Assembly: GCA_964187785.1 (NCBI GenBank)
Contig: OZ076409.1
Span: 73,038,001-73,102,000 of the forward strand
DNA from: Amphiscolops sp. MND2022
Lineage: Eukaryota
Direction of reading: 5' to 3'
Length of the DNA: 64,000 nucleotides
A model generated the notes under the pieces. It had not been told where the DNA came from. It ran no database searches and was given only the letters and a program-made list of their open reading frames with translations. Position numbers and translations under genes: made by a program. Positions 46,901 to 61,900 of this stretch are shown piece after piece (the stretch's first letter is position 1; each line of letters opens with the position of its first letter).

Positions 46901-49900
46901 CTAGTCTATCTCTGCCGTTTTTTGCCCAGATTTTTTTCCAGGTCCTCTCCTAAAGGCCTCCCCTGGCCGGTTTACTTCCCAGAAAAACCATTTGGCCCTA
47001 AATACGGAGTTTCAGCGTTCTAGCATTCCCGGGCGAAAAGATGTGGGACTTAGAAAAAATTCAAAATTTTTCAAAAAATTTTTTTTTCGTTTTCCGGCCC
47101 CCCAATGAAGGGGAACGACCCCCCAACGAGGATTTTTGGTGAATTCACGTGGAAAGGCCTTGTTTTGTGGAGAAAATTGCCGTTTAGAGCGACTTTTTAT
47201 CTTAACTTGACGTTGACCTCTGTCGTTTTGAATTTGATATTAGTATGTGTTGAGCATGTGAAAAGTTGATGATTTCAGTTGTTCTCTCGTGTTCAAGCCA
47301 TTGAGATACAAGCGGTAGTGATCAAAATGTGATTTATTGCAATTTGGTGGTGCTTTTGGTGTATTTTGATTCTTTTAAATAAAAAGTTGTTCTTTATATA
47401 TTTGGTGTATTGATTCAAATGAACAAGAAACAGTTGAGTACATTTCATCTCCCCCCTTGTGGGGGAGATGAGGATGTACCCGCTAAATGACACGCACAAT
47501 GGCCCAATTTTATTTTTTTGCGACGTTCTCTAGGCTTTTGCGCAAGCCCACTAAAATTTAGACTGGTTTCCTTTTCTTTTACTCCAAAATTTTCCGTACT
47601 AACCACCTTACGCACCACCAGCTCAACGTAACATCTGTAACGTCAACGCCACACACTCTCACTAACGCCCACCGTCCGTGGGCATGCCGAGGCATGCCCT
47701 TCGACGACGTATGCCAAATAGCGCCACAGGGCGCAAACTTGTCCGCTAGGTGGCCGGAAATTTTTTTTTTCAGCAAAATCTTTGCCATTGGGGGAGGGGC
47801 CCCGGATGGCCAGTAGTACGGGATAGCTTCCTACCAAATCCAGGCGGAAAAAACGTGATTTTGGAAACTAGCCGTCAGAATTTGCTCAAATTTTGCATAC
47901 GGCTTCCTATAACAATCCTAAGAACTAATCCCTACTGGCATTTTGCCCAAAAAACGCAAAAAGTTGGTCAAAATCTTAGTTTTTTGGTCAAAAAATGGCG
48001 TTTTTTCGAAAAAATTTTTTTTCAGAGACAATTACTCGTAACTGGTTCACCCAGCGCAAAAACGCCTAGCTGATTTATTGTTGGGCACTTCATGAGGAGT
48101 GCGTATCCAAATTTTCGTCCAAATCGGATGAAAGTTGATTGAGAAATAACAGAAAATTTGAGGCATTTTTTTGGAAATTTGTGAAATCCCAGTCTATCTC
48201 TGCCGTTTTTTGCCCAGATTTTTTTCCAGACACTCTCCTAAAGACCTCCCCTGGCCGGTTTACCTCCCAGCAAAACCATTTGGCCCTAAATACGGAGTTT
48301 CAGCGTTCTAGCATTCCCGGGCGAAAAGTTGTGGGACTTAGAAAAAATTTTTGGAAACGCAAAATGTGTAAAGTCAACTTCAGGCCTCCCAAAGTCAAGA
48401 AACTTCCACACAACTAGTATTGCAAGTGAATGCATGTAGAAAGTACGTGAATAGACAAGGAAAATGGGCTATAGAACGACTCTGTAGCTTAACTTGACGT
48501 TGACTTATGACATTTTGAGTGTGAGCGTCCTATAGGATTTTAATGTCAAAAATGAGATTTTGTAAGTCATGAGTCATCAAAAACTCATCGGAATACGTTC
48601 AATCATCCCCATAGCTGTTCAATCACCGATGTTTAGTAGAGCAACGCCATTATATGTCTTTGGACCCATTTTAAAAATTTTCCTTACCGTCTTATTCGTC
48701 CGATATCACGAAACAGTTGAGTACATTCCATCTTCCCCCTTGTGGGGGAGATGAGAATGTACTCGCCAAAGACCTGATACAATGACCCATATTGGTTTTT
48801 ATTTGACTTTTCTCACAATATTGCACACGGATAGCTGTGTTTGGTAAAAGTTTTCCTTTGCACCATGTCTCCAGAAGCAAAACCACTTCTTTAGCTTACT
48901 ACTTCTACTCAAACATCACTAACGTCAACGCCACATACTCGCATCAACGCCCACCGTCCGTGGGCATGCCGAGGCATGCCCTTCGACGACGTATGCCAAA
49001 TAGCGCCGCAGGGCGCCCCCAATTTCCGCTAGGTGGCCGGAAATTTTTTTTTTCATCAAAATCTTTGCCATTGGGGGAGGGGCCCCGGATGGCCAGTAGT
49101 ACGGCATAGCTCCCTACGGAATCCAGGCGGAAAAAACGTGATTTTGGAAACTAGCCGTCAGAATTTGCTCAAATTTTGCATACGGCTTCCTATAACAATC
49201 CTAAGAACTAATCCCTACTGGCATTTTGCCCGAAAAGCGCAAAAAGTTGGTCAAAATCTTAGTTTTTTGGTCAAAAAATGGCGTTTTTTCGAAAAATTTT
49301 TTTTTCAGAGACAATTACTCGTAACTGGTTCACCCAGCGCTAAAACGCCTAGCTGATTTATTGTCGGGCACTTCATGAGGAATGCGTTTACAAATTTTCG
49401 TCCAAATCGGATAAAAGTTGATTGAGAAATAACTGAAAATTTGAGGCATTTTTTTGGAAATTTTTGAAATCCCAGTCTATCTCTGCCGTTTTTTGCCCAG
49501 ATTTTTTTCCAGACACTCTCCTAAAGACCTCCCCTGGCCGGTTTACCTCCCAGCAAAACCATTTGGCCCTAAATACGGAGTTTCAGCATTCCAGCAAACC
49601 CCGGGTAAAAGATAAATGACTTAGAATTTTTTCGAAAAATTTTTCAAAATTTTTTTTTTTCAAATTCAGGCCTCCTAAAGTAAAGAAAGTTCCACACAAC
49701 TAGGATTGCAAGTGATAGCATGTGGAAAGTGCTTGAATAGACGAGAAAAATGAGCTATTATACGACTCTATAGCTTAACCTAACGTTGACTTATGCCAAT
49801 TTTAGTGTGAGCTTCGTATGTGCTTGAAAAATCAAAAAAACCTAAAAGTCTTTTTAAGGTAATCAGGATACGTCCAATCAACCGCAGAGCTGTTATATTG

Positions 49901-52900
49901 CCGTTGTGTAGTAGAGCAACACCATTTAGAGTGTTTTGACCCATTTTGACAAGTTTTGATACAGTCTTGTTCATCCAATAGCACAAAACAGTTGAGTACA
50001 TTCCATCTCCCCCCTTGTGGAGGAGATGAGAATGTACTCGCTAAAAGTCAGGTACTATAGCGCCCATTTTGTTTTATTCGACGCTAGTGATGCTATTGCA
50101 CACGAATACAATAATTTTGTCAAATCATGTTTGACATGATGAATCTTACTATACATTTAGTGAACGTTTACCTACTACTACAACATCGCATCCCTGACGT
50201 CAACGCCACATACTCGCATCAACGCCCACCGTCCGTGGGCATGCCGAGGCATGCCCTTCGACGACGTATGCCAAATAGCGCCACAGGGCGCAAACTTGTC
50301 CGCTAGGTGGCCGTGTCTTTTCGACGTGCTTTTGCATCGAGGAGTGGGTAGGGCCCCGCGACGACCTAGAAGAATTGGATGCTCACCGAAACGTGCAGAA
50401 TTCTACGAGATCTCATAGTTTGAGCCATACGATTTTTCTGAAATTTGGCATGTGGCCTGGAATTGGTGAGTAGGTAAAACGTGTAGGAGGTGATTTTTCC
50501 CAAATTCCACTGTGAGACGAGATATGGGCAAATAACGGTCCCAAAAATGGCAAAAATGCACTTTTTTCAAGTTTGTCAGCCCATATCTCGTCCCCAGGTG
50601 CCCGGAGCGGGACGCGTTAAGCTGATTATAAACTCTAGGGTGTTGAAGCTGTACGGTGAACTTGGGCCCGTTCCGATCCGACTTGTAGTCTTGGAGAAAT
50701 AACGGTAATTTTGGGGAACCTTTTCTAACGGTCCAGCTTATCTTTGCCATTTTTTCGAAAATGTACTCGCCTAAAGGCCTCCCCCTGGCCGAATTTACTC
50801 CCAGCAAAACCATTTGGCCCTAAATACGGAGTTTCAGCGTTCCAGCATTCCCGGGCGAAAAGTTGTGGGACTTGGAAAATTTTCAAAAATTTTCAAAAAA
50901 TTTTTTTTTCGTTTTCCGGGCCCCCAATGAAGGGGAAACGACCCCCCAACCAGTATTTTGAGTGAATTCATGTGGAAAGCCCTTGTTTTGACGAGAAAAA
51001 TACCGTTTAGAACATCTTTTTATCTTGACTCAACGTTGACTTATGACGTTTTGAATGTGATGTAAGGATGTAGGAGGCATGTGATAAGTTGATGTTTTGA
51101 GTCTTTATCTCATATGAAAGCGGTTGAGATGCAAGCTGTCCTGCTCAAAACGTCTTTCGTTGTAATTTTCCAGTGCACCAATACCCTTTGGTGTCATATA
51201 AACATACTTTTTGTCGATATATTAACAATTTTAATGTATTTATTCCAATTTTTATTATCTTATAACTCAAAACAGTTGAGTACATTTCATCTCCCTTTCG
51301 GGGGAGATGAGAATGTACTCGCTAAAGACCTAGCGCCATGACCAAAAGTTTGAAACCCACGTTTTTTATCTTCTTACAGACTTGTTTTTGTATTTTTTCG
51401 GAATTTTTTAAAAATTAATATACTTGAAATACATTACTTGACTTTACTACTACAACCCACCTCCAACGACAACGCCCCCCTGCTTGCATCAACGCCCACC
51501 GTCCGTGGGCATGCCGAGGCATGCCCTTCGACGACGTATGCCAAATGCCCAGTGCCACGCAGTCATTATCGCTAGGTGCCGGGATTTTCTATTCGACAAG
51601 TTTGCGCGCCTTGGGGAGGGTCCCTTTGCGCGCTTTAAGATCCAGGTGTTTCCAACTCCTAAACGGGCATGTGATTTCGACGATCTCCTAAACTAGCCAT
51701 ACGATTTGGCTGAAATTTGGCACACGTACCCCCCTCGGCACGGTGAAGATGATTCCCTACTGACGTTTTGCTCGCTAAACATTTTTTGTTGACCAAAATA
51801 ACGGTTTTTGGGGTAAAATTTTCAACTTTTTTTAAATTTCATCTTATATCTCGCCACGGGTTTACGCTAGCGCTTCCAAAACTTGCTGACGAAACCTTGC
51901 AAACTGTCTCAGGAATGCGGTGTGAAATTTTCAGCTCAATCGGACTTAAACTCGAGGAGATATAGCGTTTTTCCGGAGCGGGGGGGTTTCATTTTTCTAA
52001 CGGTCCAGCTTATCTTTGCCATTTTTTCGAAAATGCACTCGCCTAAAGGCCTCCCCTGGCCGGTTTTATTCCTAGCAAAACCATTTGGCCCTAAATACGG
52101 AGTTTCAGCGTTCCAGCATTCCCGGGCGAAAAATTGTGGGACTTAGAAAATTTCAAAAATTTTCAAGAATTTTTTTTTCCGTTATTTGGGCCCCCAAAGT
52201 GGGGGAAAAGACCCCCCAACCAGTAAAGCAAGTGAATGCATGTGGAAAGCCCTTAGTTAGATGAGAAAAATGGCGTTTAGAACGTCTTTTTATCTTGGCT
52301 CAACGTTGTCTTATGACGTTTTGAAGGTGATCTTTGGAGGTGTAAAGCACGTGAATAGTAAACGTTATGAGTATTTATCTGATCTGAAAGCCATTGAGAT
52401 GCAATATGGTTTGCTCAAAACGTAATTCATATCAGTTTGGTAGTCAATCAACACCCTTTGTTGTCATTTGACATCTTTTTTTGTTGATATAAGAAAAAAT
52501 TTCGTGTATTTATTCATTTTTTTCTCATCAAATAACTTGAAACAGTTGAGTACATTCCATCCCCCCTTCAGGGGGAGATGAGAATGTACTCGCAAAAAGC
52601 CCCGAACTACGTCCCTTACCTCCCCGAGCTACGCAGTATAGGGATTACATATTGGTTCCGACATTTTCATAGAGTTATATCTTGGTAATCTGTCTGGATA
52701 TGCAGAAAAATCAGCACGTGCCTTTTAATACCAAGTTGCTCACAACGACAATTATTTTATATCAACGCCCCCATATCCATCAACGCCCCCCGTCCGTGGG
52801 CATGCCGAGGCATGCCCTTCGACGACGTATACCAAGATATGCGTTAACGCGTTAGCCTAGGTGCCGGGATTTCTATTCGATAAAGTATGTGGCGCGTGTG

Positions 52901-55900
52901 GGTAGGGTCCCTGGCGCGCTCTTGGGTATGGTGTTCACCAGCTAGGAAATAGGGGTCGATTTTTCGGGATCTCCTAAACTAGCCACACGATTTGGCTGAA
53001 ATTTGGCACACGTACTCCCCTCGGCACGGTGAAGATGATTTCCTACTGACGTTTTGCTCGCAAAATTTTTTTTGTTGTCCAAAATAACGGTTTTTGGGGT
53101 AAAATTTTGAATTTTTTTTAAATTTTATCTTATATCTCGCCACGGGTTTACGCTAGCGCTTCAAAACCCTGCTAAAGAAAGCTTGCAAACTGTCTCAGGA
53201 ATGCGGTGTGAAATTTTCAGCTCAATCGGACTCAAACTCGGGGAGATATAGCGTTTTTCCGGAGCGGGGGGGTTTCATTTTTCTAACGGTCCAGCTTATC
53301 TTTGCCATTTTTTCGAAAATGTACTCGCCTAAAGGCCTCCCCTGGCCGGTTTTACTCCCAGCAAAACCATTTGGCCCTAAATACGGAGTTTCAGCGTTCT
53401 AGCATTCCCGGGCGAAAAGTTGTGGGACTTAGAAAAGTTCAAAAATTTTCAAAAATTTTTTTTTCCGTTTTCCGCCCTCCCCCCTAGGGGAAAAGACCCC
53501 CCAACCAGTAATTTGAGTGAATTCATGTGGAAAGGCCATGTTTAGAGGAGAAAAATACCGTTTAGATCGTCTTTTTATTTTAACCTGTCGTTGACTTATG
53601 ACGTTTTGAAGGTGATGTTTGGAGGTGTGAAGCACGTGAAAAGTAAACGTTATGAGTATTTATCTGATCTGAAAGCCATTGAGATGCAACCTGTTTTGCT
53701 CAAAACGTAATTCATATCAGTTTGGTAGTCAATCAACACCCTTTGTTGTCATTTGACATCTTTTTTTGTTGATATAAGAAAAAATTTCGTGTATTTATTC
53801 ATTTTTTTCTCATCAAATAACTTGAAACAGTTGAGTACATTCCATCCCCCCTTCACGGGGGAGATGAGAATGTACTCGCAAAAAGCCCCGAACTACGGCC
53901 CTTACCTTCCTGAGCTACACAGTATAAAGATTGCATATTGGTTCCGACATTTTGATAGAGTTATATCTTGGTAATCTGTCTGGGTATGCAGAAAAACCAG
54001 CACGTGCTTTTTTATACCAAGTTGCTCACAACGACATTTATTTTATATCAACGCCCCCATATTTATCAACGCCCCCCGTCCGTGGGCATGCCGAGGCATG
54101 CCCTTCGACGACGTATACCAAGATATGTTCGAGCGCGTTAGCCTAGGTGCCGGTGTCTTTTTACACAATGGGGGAAGTTGCGCGGTTGGGGAGGGTCCCT
54201 GACGCGCTTCCGTGAGATCAGGTTTTTCAACTAGTGAAATCGACAAAGAAAATTGGGATCTCGTAAACTAGCCATACGATTTGGCTGAAATTTGGCACAC
54301 GTACCCCCCTCGGCACGGTGAAGATGATTCCCTACTGACGTTTTTCCCGCTAAACATTTTTTGTTGACCAAAATAACGGTTTTTGGGGTAAAATTTTCAA
54401 CTTTTTTTAAATTTCATCTTATATCTCGCCACGGGTGCACGCTAGCGCTTCCAAACCTTGCTGACGAAAGTTTGCAAACTGTCTCAGGAATGCTGTGTGA
54501 AAATTTCAGCTCAATCGGACTCAAACTCGGGGAGATATAGCGTTTTTCCGGAGCGGGGGGGTTTCATTTTTCTAACGGTCCAGCTTATCTTTGCCATTTT
54601 TTCGAAAATGCACTCGCCTAAAGGCCTCCCCTGGCCGGTTTTATTCCCAGCAAAACCATTTGGCCCTAAATACGGAGTTTCAGCGTTCCAGCATTTCCGG
54701 GCGAAAAGTTGTGGGACTTAGAAAATTTCAAAAACTTTCAAAAAATTTTTTTTCCGTTATTTGGGCCCCCAAAGTGGGGGAAAAGACCCCCCAGCCAGTA
54801 AAGCAAGTGAATGCATGTGCAAAGCCCTTGTTTGGACGAGAAAAATGCCGTTTAGAACGTCTTTTTATCTTTGCTCAACGTTGACTTATGATGTTTTGAA
54901 GGTGATGTTTGGAGGTGTAAAGCAAGTGAATAGTAAACGTTATGAGTATTTATCTGATCTGAAAGCCATTGAGATGCAATATGGTTTGCTCAAAACGTAA
55001 TTCATTGCAGTTTGGCAATCAATCAACACCCTTTGTTGTCGTTTGACATACTTTTTTGTTGTTATAATAAAAAATTTTGTGTATTTATTCATTTTTATCT
55101 CATCAAATAACTTGGAACAGTTGAGTACATTCCACCCCCCCCTTCCGGGGGAGATGAGAATGTACTCGCAAAAAGCACCGAACTACGGCCCTTACCTTCC
55201 CGAGCTACGCAGTATAAGGATTACATATTGGTTTCGACATTTTCATAGAGTTATATCTTGGTAATCTGTCTGGATATGCCGAAAAATCAGCACGTGCCTT
55301 TTAATACCAAGTTGCTCACAACGACAATTATTTTATATCAACGCCCCCATATTTATCAACGCCCCCCGTCCGTGGGCATGCCGAGGCATGCCCTTCGACG
55401 ACCCGCACCAAAATATGCGTTAGCGCGGTAGCTGCTAGGTGCCGGTGTATTTTTACACAATGGGGGATGTTGCGCGTGTGGGGAGGGTCCCTGACGCGCT
55501 TCCGTGGTTTCGGGTCTTCTAACCTATGATAGCGTGACACCTGACTTCGATCTCGTAAACTAGCCGTACGATTTGGCTGAAATTTGGCACACGTACCCCC
55601 CTCGGCACGGTGAAGATGATTTCCTACTGACGTTTTTCCCGCTAAACATTTTTTGTTGACCAAAATAACGGTTTTTGGGGTAAAATTTTCAACTTTTTTT
55701 AAATTTCATCTTATATCTCGCCACGGGTACACGCTAGCGCTTCCAAACCTTTCTGACGAAAGTTTGCAAACTGTCTCAGGAATGCTGTGTGAAATTTTCA
55801 GCTCAATCGGACTTAAACTCGAGGAGATATAGCGTTTTTCCGGAGCGGGGGGGTTTCATTTTTCTAACGGTCCAGCTTATCTTTGCCATTTTTTCGGAAA

Positions 55901-58900
55901 TGCACTCGCCTAAAGGCCTCCCCTGGCCGGTTTTATTCCCAGCAAAACCATTTGGCCCTAAATACGGAGTTTCAGCGTTCCAGCATTCCTGGGCGAAAAG
56001 TTGTGGGACTTAGAAAAGTTCAAAAAATTTCAAAAATTTTTTTTCCGTTATTTGGGCCCCCAAAGTGGGGGAAAAGACCCCCCAACCAGTAAAGCAAGTG
56101 AATGCATGTGCAAAGCCCTTGTTTAGAGGAGAAAAATGCCGTTTAGAACGTCTTTTTATCTTGGCTCAACGTTGACTTATGACGTTTTGAAGGTGATGTT
56201 TGGATGTGTAAAGCACGTGAATAGTAAACGTTATGAGTATTTATCTGATCTGAAAGCCATTGAGATGCAATATGGTTTGCTCAAAACGTAATTCATGGCA
56301 GTTTGGCAATCAATCAACACCCGTTGTCGTTTGACATACTTTTTTGTTGTTATAAAAAAAATTTTGTGTAATTATTCATTTTTTTCTCATCAAATAACTT
56401 GAAACAGTTGAGTACATTCCATCCCCCCTTCCGGGGGAGATGAGAATGTACTCGCAAAAAGCTCCGAATTACGGCCCTTACCTTCCCGAGCTACGCAGTA
56501 TAAGGATTGCATATTGGTTCCGACATTTTCATAGAGTTAAATCTTGGTAATCTGTCTGGATATGCAGAAAAATCAGCACGTGCCTTTTAATACCAAGTTG
56601 CTTACAACGACAATTATTTTATATCAACGCCCCCATATTTATCAACGCCCCCCGTCCGTGGGCATGCCGAGGCATGCCCTTCGACGACGTATACCAAGAT
56701 ATGCGTTAACGCGTTAGCCTAGGTGCCGGGATTTCTATTCGTTCGAGTATGTGGCGCGTGTGGGTAGGGCCCCTGGCGCGCTCTTGTGTTTCGGGTTTTC
56801 CTACTCCTAAACCGCGTTCAGATTTTCGGGATCTCGTAAACTAGCCATACGATTTGGCTGAAATTTGGCACACGTACCCCCCTCGGCACGGTGAAGATGA
56901 TTCCCTACTGACGTTTTGCCCGCTAAACATTTTTTGTTGACCAAAATAACGGTTTTTGGTGGAAATTTTTCAACTTTTTTTAAAATTCATCTTATATCTC
57001 GCCCCAGGTTTACGCTAGCGCTTCAAAACCTTGCTGACGAAAGTTTGCAAACTGTCTCAGGAATGCGGTGTGAAATTTTCAGCTCAATCGGACTTAAACT
57101 CGAGGAGATATAGCGTTTTTCCGGAGCGGGGGGGTTTCATTTTTCTAACGGTCCAGCGTATCTTTGCCATTTTTTCGAAAATGCACTCGCCTAAAGGCCT
57201 CCCCTGGCCGGTTTTACTCCCAAAAAAACCATTTGGCCCTAAATACGGGGTTTCAGCGTTCTAGCATTTTCGGGCGAAAAGTTGTGGGACTTAGAATATT
57301 TCAAAAATTTTCAAAAAAATTTTTTTCCGTTATTTGGGCCCCCAATGTGGGGGAAAGGACCCCCCAACCAGTATTTTGAGTGAATGCATGTGCAAAGCGC
57401 TTGTTTAGAGGAGAAAAATGTCGTTTAGAACGTCTTTTTATCTTTACTCAACGTTGACTTTTGTCGTTTTGAAGGTGACCGTTAGATATGGAAAATTGAT
57501 GTTTTGAGTATTTATCTCATCTGAAAGCCATTGAGATACAACATGTTTTGCTCAAAACGTGTTTCATTGCAGTATCGCTGTCCATTAACACCCTTTGGTG
57601 ACTTTTGACATATTTTTTTTATATATAATATCACTTTTTTGTGCATTTTTTCGTTTTTTTCTCATCTAATATCTTGAAACAGTTGAGTACATTCCATCTC
57701 CCTTCCCGGGGGAGATGAGAATGTACTCGCTAAAGGCCATGAACTACGGCCTATACCTTCCCGAGCTACGCACTACAATTATTGCATATGCATGCAGACC
57801 TTTTAATACATTTTTATCTTTATAGATTGACTGGACAAACTGAAAACTCTGTCCTGATTATACAAAGTTACCTCACAACGACACATGTTTACGTCAACGC
57901 TCCATACTTTACATCAACGCCCACCGTCCGTGGGCATGCCGAGGCATGCCCTTCGACGACGTATAGCCACTCAAACGCGGTAGCCGCTAGGTGCCGGTGT
58001 TTTTTTACACAATGGGGGAAGTTGCGCGGTTGGGGAGGGTCCCTGACGCGCTTCCGTGGTATCGGGTCTTTCAACCGATGAAAACGACATAAAAAATTGG
58101 GATCTCGTAAACTAGCCATACGATTTGGCTGAAATTTGGCACACGTACCCCCCTCGGCACGGTGAAGATGATTCCCTACTGACGTTTTGCTCGCTAAACA
58201 TTTTTTGTTGACCAAAATAACGGTTTTTGGGGTAAAATTTTCAACTTTTTTTAAATTTCATCTTATATCTCGCCACGGGTACACGCTAGCGCTTCCAAAC
58301 CTTGCTGACGAAAGTTTGCAAACTGTCTCAGGAATGCTGTGTGAAATTTTCAGCTCAATCGGACTCAAACTCGAGGAGATATAGCGTTTTTCCGGAGCGG
58401 GGGGGTTTCATTTTTCTAACGGTCCAGCATATCTTTGCCATTTTTTCGAAAATGTACTCGCCTAAAGGCCTCCCCTGGCCGGTTTTATTCCCAGCAAAAC
58501 CATTTGGCCCTAAATACGGAGTTTCAGCGTTCCAGCATTTCCGGGCGAAAAGTTGTGGGACTTAGAAAATTTCAAAAATTTTCAAAAATTTTTTTTTCGT
58601 CATTTGGGCCCCCAAAGTGGGGGAAAAGACCCCCCAACCAGTAAAGCAAGTGAATGCATGTGCAAAGCCCTTGTTTAGGGGAGAAAAATGCCGTTTAGAA
58701 CGTCTTTTTATCTTGGCTCAACGTTGACTTATGACGTTTTGAAGGTGATGTTTGGAGGTGTGAAGCACGTGAATAGTAAACGTTATGAGTATTTATCTGA
58801 TCCGAAAGCCATTGAGATGCAATATGGTTTGCTCAAAACGTAATTCATTGCAGTTTGGCAATCAATCAACACCCTTTGTTGTCGTTTGACATATTTTTTT

Positions 58901-61900
58901 GTTGTTATAATAAAAAATTTTGTGTATTTATTCATTTTTTTCTCATCAAATAACTTGAAACAGTTGAGTACATTCCATCGCCCCCTTCCGGGGGAGATGA
59001 GAATGTACTCGCAAAAAGCACCGAACTACGGCCCTTACCTTCCCGAGCTACGCAGTATAAGGATTACATATTGGTTCCGACATTTTCATAGAGTTATATC
59101 TTGGTAATCTGTCTGGATATGCAGAAAAATCAGCACGTGCCTTTTAATACCAAGTTGCTTACAACGACAATTATTTTATATCAACGCCCCCATATTTGTC
59201 AACGCCCCCCGTCCGAGGGCATGCCGAGGCATGCCCTTCGACGACGTGTACCAAGATATACCTTGAGCGCGTTAGCCTAGGTGCCGGTGTTTTTTTACAC
59301 AATGGGGAAAGTTGCGCGGTTGGGGAGGGTCCCTGACGCGCTCCCGGGATTTCGGATTTTTTAACCTTTACGTACCCATCAAAAATTTTGGGATCTCGAA
59401 AACTAGCCGTACGATTTGGCTGAAATTTGGCACACGTACCCCCCTCGGCACGGTGAAGATGATTTCCTACTGACGTTTTTCCCGCTAAACATTTTTTGTT
59501 GACCAAAATAACGGTTTTTGGGGTAAAATTTTCAACTTTTTTTAAATTTCATCTTATATCTCGCCACGGGTACACGCTAGCGCTTCCAAACCTTGCTGAC
59601 GAAAGTTTGCAAACTGTCTCAGGAATGCTGTGTGAAATTTTTAGCTCAATCGGACTTAAACTCGAGGAGATATAGCGTTTTTCCGGAGCGGGGGGGTTTC
59701 ATTTTTCTAACGGTCCAGCTTATCTTTGCCATTTTTTCGAAAATGCACTCGCCTAAAGGCCTCCCCTGGCCGGTTTTATTCCCAGCAAAACCATTTGGCC
59801 CTAAATACGGAGTTTCAGCGTTCCAGCATTCCCGGGCGAAAAGTTGTGGGACTTAGAAAATTTCAAAAATTTTCAAAAAAATTTTTTTCCGTTATTTGGG
59901 CCCCCAAAGTGGGGGAAAAGACCCCCCAACCAGTAAAGCAAGTGAATGCATGTGCAAAGCCCTTGTCTGAACGAGAAAAATGCCGTTTAGAACGTCTTTT
60001 TATCTTGGCTCAACGTTGACTTATGACGTTTTGAAGGTGATGTTTGGAGGTGTAAAGCACGTGAATAGTAAACGTTATGAGTATTTATCTGATCTGAAAG
60101 CCATTGAGATACAATATGGTTTGCTCAAAACGTATTTCATTGCAGTTTGGCAATCAATACAACACCCTTTGTTGTCGTTTGACATACTTTTTTGTTGTTC
60201 TAATAAAAAATTTTGTGTATTTATTCATTTTTTTCTCATCAAATAACTTGGAACAGTTGAGTACATTCCATCCCCCCCTTCCGGGGGAGATGAGAATGTA
60301 CTCGCAAAAAGCACCGAACTACGGCCCTTACCTTCCCGAGCTACGCAGTATAAGGATTACATATTGGTTCCGACATTTTCATAGAGTTATATCTTGATAA
60401 TCTGTCTGGATATGCCGAAAAATCAGCACGTGCCTTTTAATACCAAGTTGCTCACAACGACAATTATTTTATATCAACGCCCCCATATTTATCAACGCCC
60501 CCCGTCCGTGGGCATGCCGAGGCATGCCCTTCGACGACTCGCACCAAAATATGCGTTAGCGCGGTAGCCGCTAGGTGCCGGGATTTCTATTCGATAAAGT
60601 ATTTTGCGCGGTTGGGTAGGGCCCCGTGAGCGCGCCAGGGGATTGTGTTAGAACAACCGGAAATTCGGCATACGATTTTGGCGATTTTCTAAACTATCCA
60701 TACGATTTGGCTCAAATTTGGCATACGGGTTCCTGAGACAGATATAAGAACTAATTCCTACTGGCGTTTTGCCCGGAAAATTTTTTTTGTTGCCCAAAAT
60801 TGAAATTTTCGGCAAAAAAATGCGATTTTTTTTGAAAAATTTTTTTTGAGAGGCCATATCTTTTTTCAGGGTGCCCGGAGCGGGACGCGTTAAACTGATT
60901 ATAAACTCTACGGTTCATGGGCTTTACGGAGAACCTAAGCTCGTTTCGCTCGGACAAATAGTCTTGGAGATATAACGGGATTTTTTGGGAATTTTTTGAA
61001 AATTTTTCTAACGGTCCAGCTTATCTTTGCCATTTTTTCAAAAATGCACTCGCCTAAAGGCCTCCCCTGGCCGGTTTTATTCCCAGCAAAACCATTTGGC
61101 CCTAAATACGGAGTTTCAGCGTTCCAGCATTCCCGGGCGAAAAGTTGTGGGACTTAGAAAAATTTCAAAATTTTTCAAAAAATTTTTTTCCGTTTTCCGC
61201 CCTCCCCCCCGAGGGGAAAAGACCCCCCAACCAGTAATTTGAGTGAATTCATGTGGAAAGCCCATGTTTAGAGGAGAAAAATGCCGTTTAGATCGTCTTT
61301 TTATTTTAACCTGTCGTTGACTTATGTTGTTTTGAAGGTGATGTTTGGATGTGTGAAGCATGTGAAAAGGTAATTTATTGTGTCTTTAGCTCTTCTAAAA
61401 GCCATTGAGATACAAGGTGTAGCACTCAGAACGTGTTTAATTCTAAATTAGCAATGCATCAACACTTTTTGTGTCTTTGGACTCTGTTAAAAAATTTTTT
61501 CCGACTAAAATCAAAAATTATTTATAATTATTCACATTTTTTTCTGATCTCATGACTCGAAACAGTTGAGTACATTCCATCTCCCTTCCAGGGGGAGATG
61601 AGAATGTACTCTCTAAAGACCAGGTACTACAGTACTTACCTTACCCGAGCAACGCCCCATAAAAATTGCGTTTTGATTATTCTATTTTGACATAATTCTA
61701 TCTTTGTAATTTGACTGGAAATGAAGAAAATCCGCACGTGCTCTTTTATATCAAGTATCTTAACAACGCCATCTCTTTAACGTCAACGCCCCATAGTTCA
61801 CATCAACGCCCACCGTCCGTGGGCATGCCGAGGCATGCCCTTCGACGACGTATGCCAAAGATATTCCCGAGCGCGTTAGCCTAGGTGCCGGGATTTCTAT

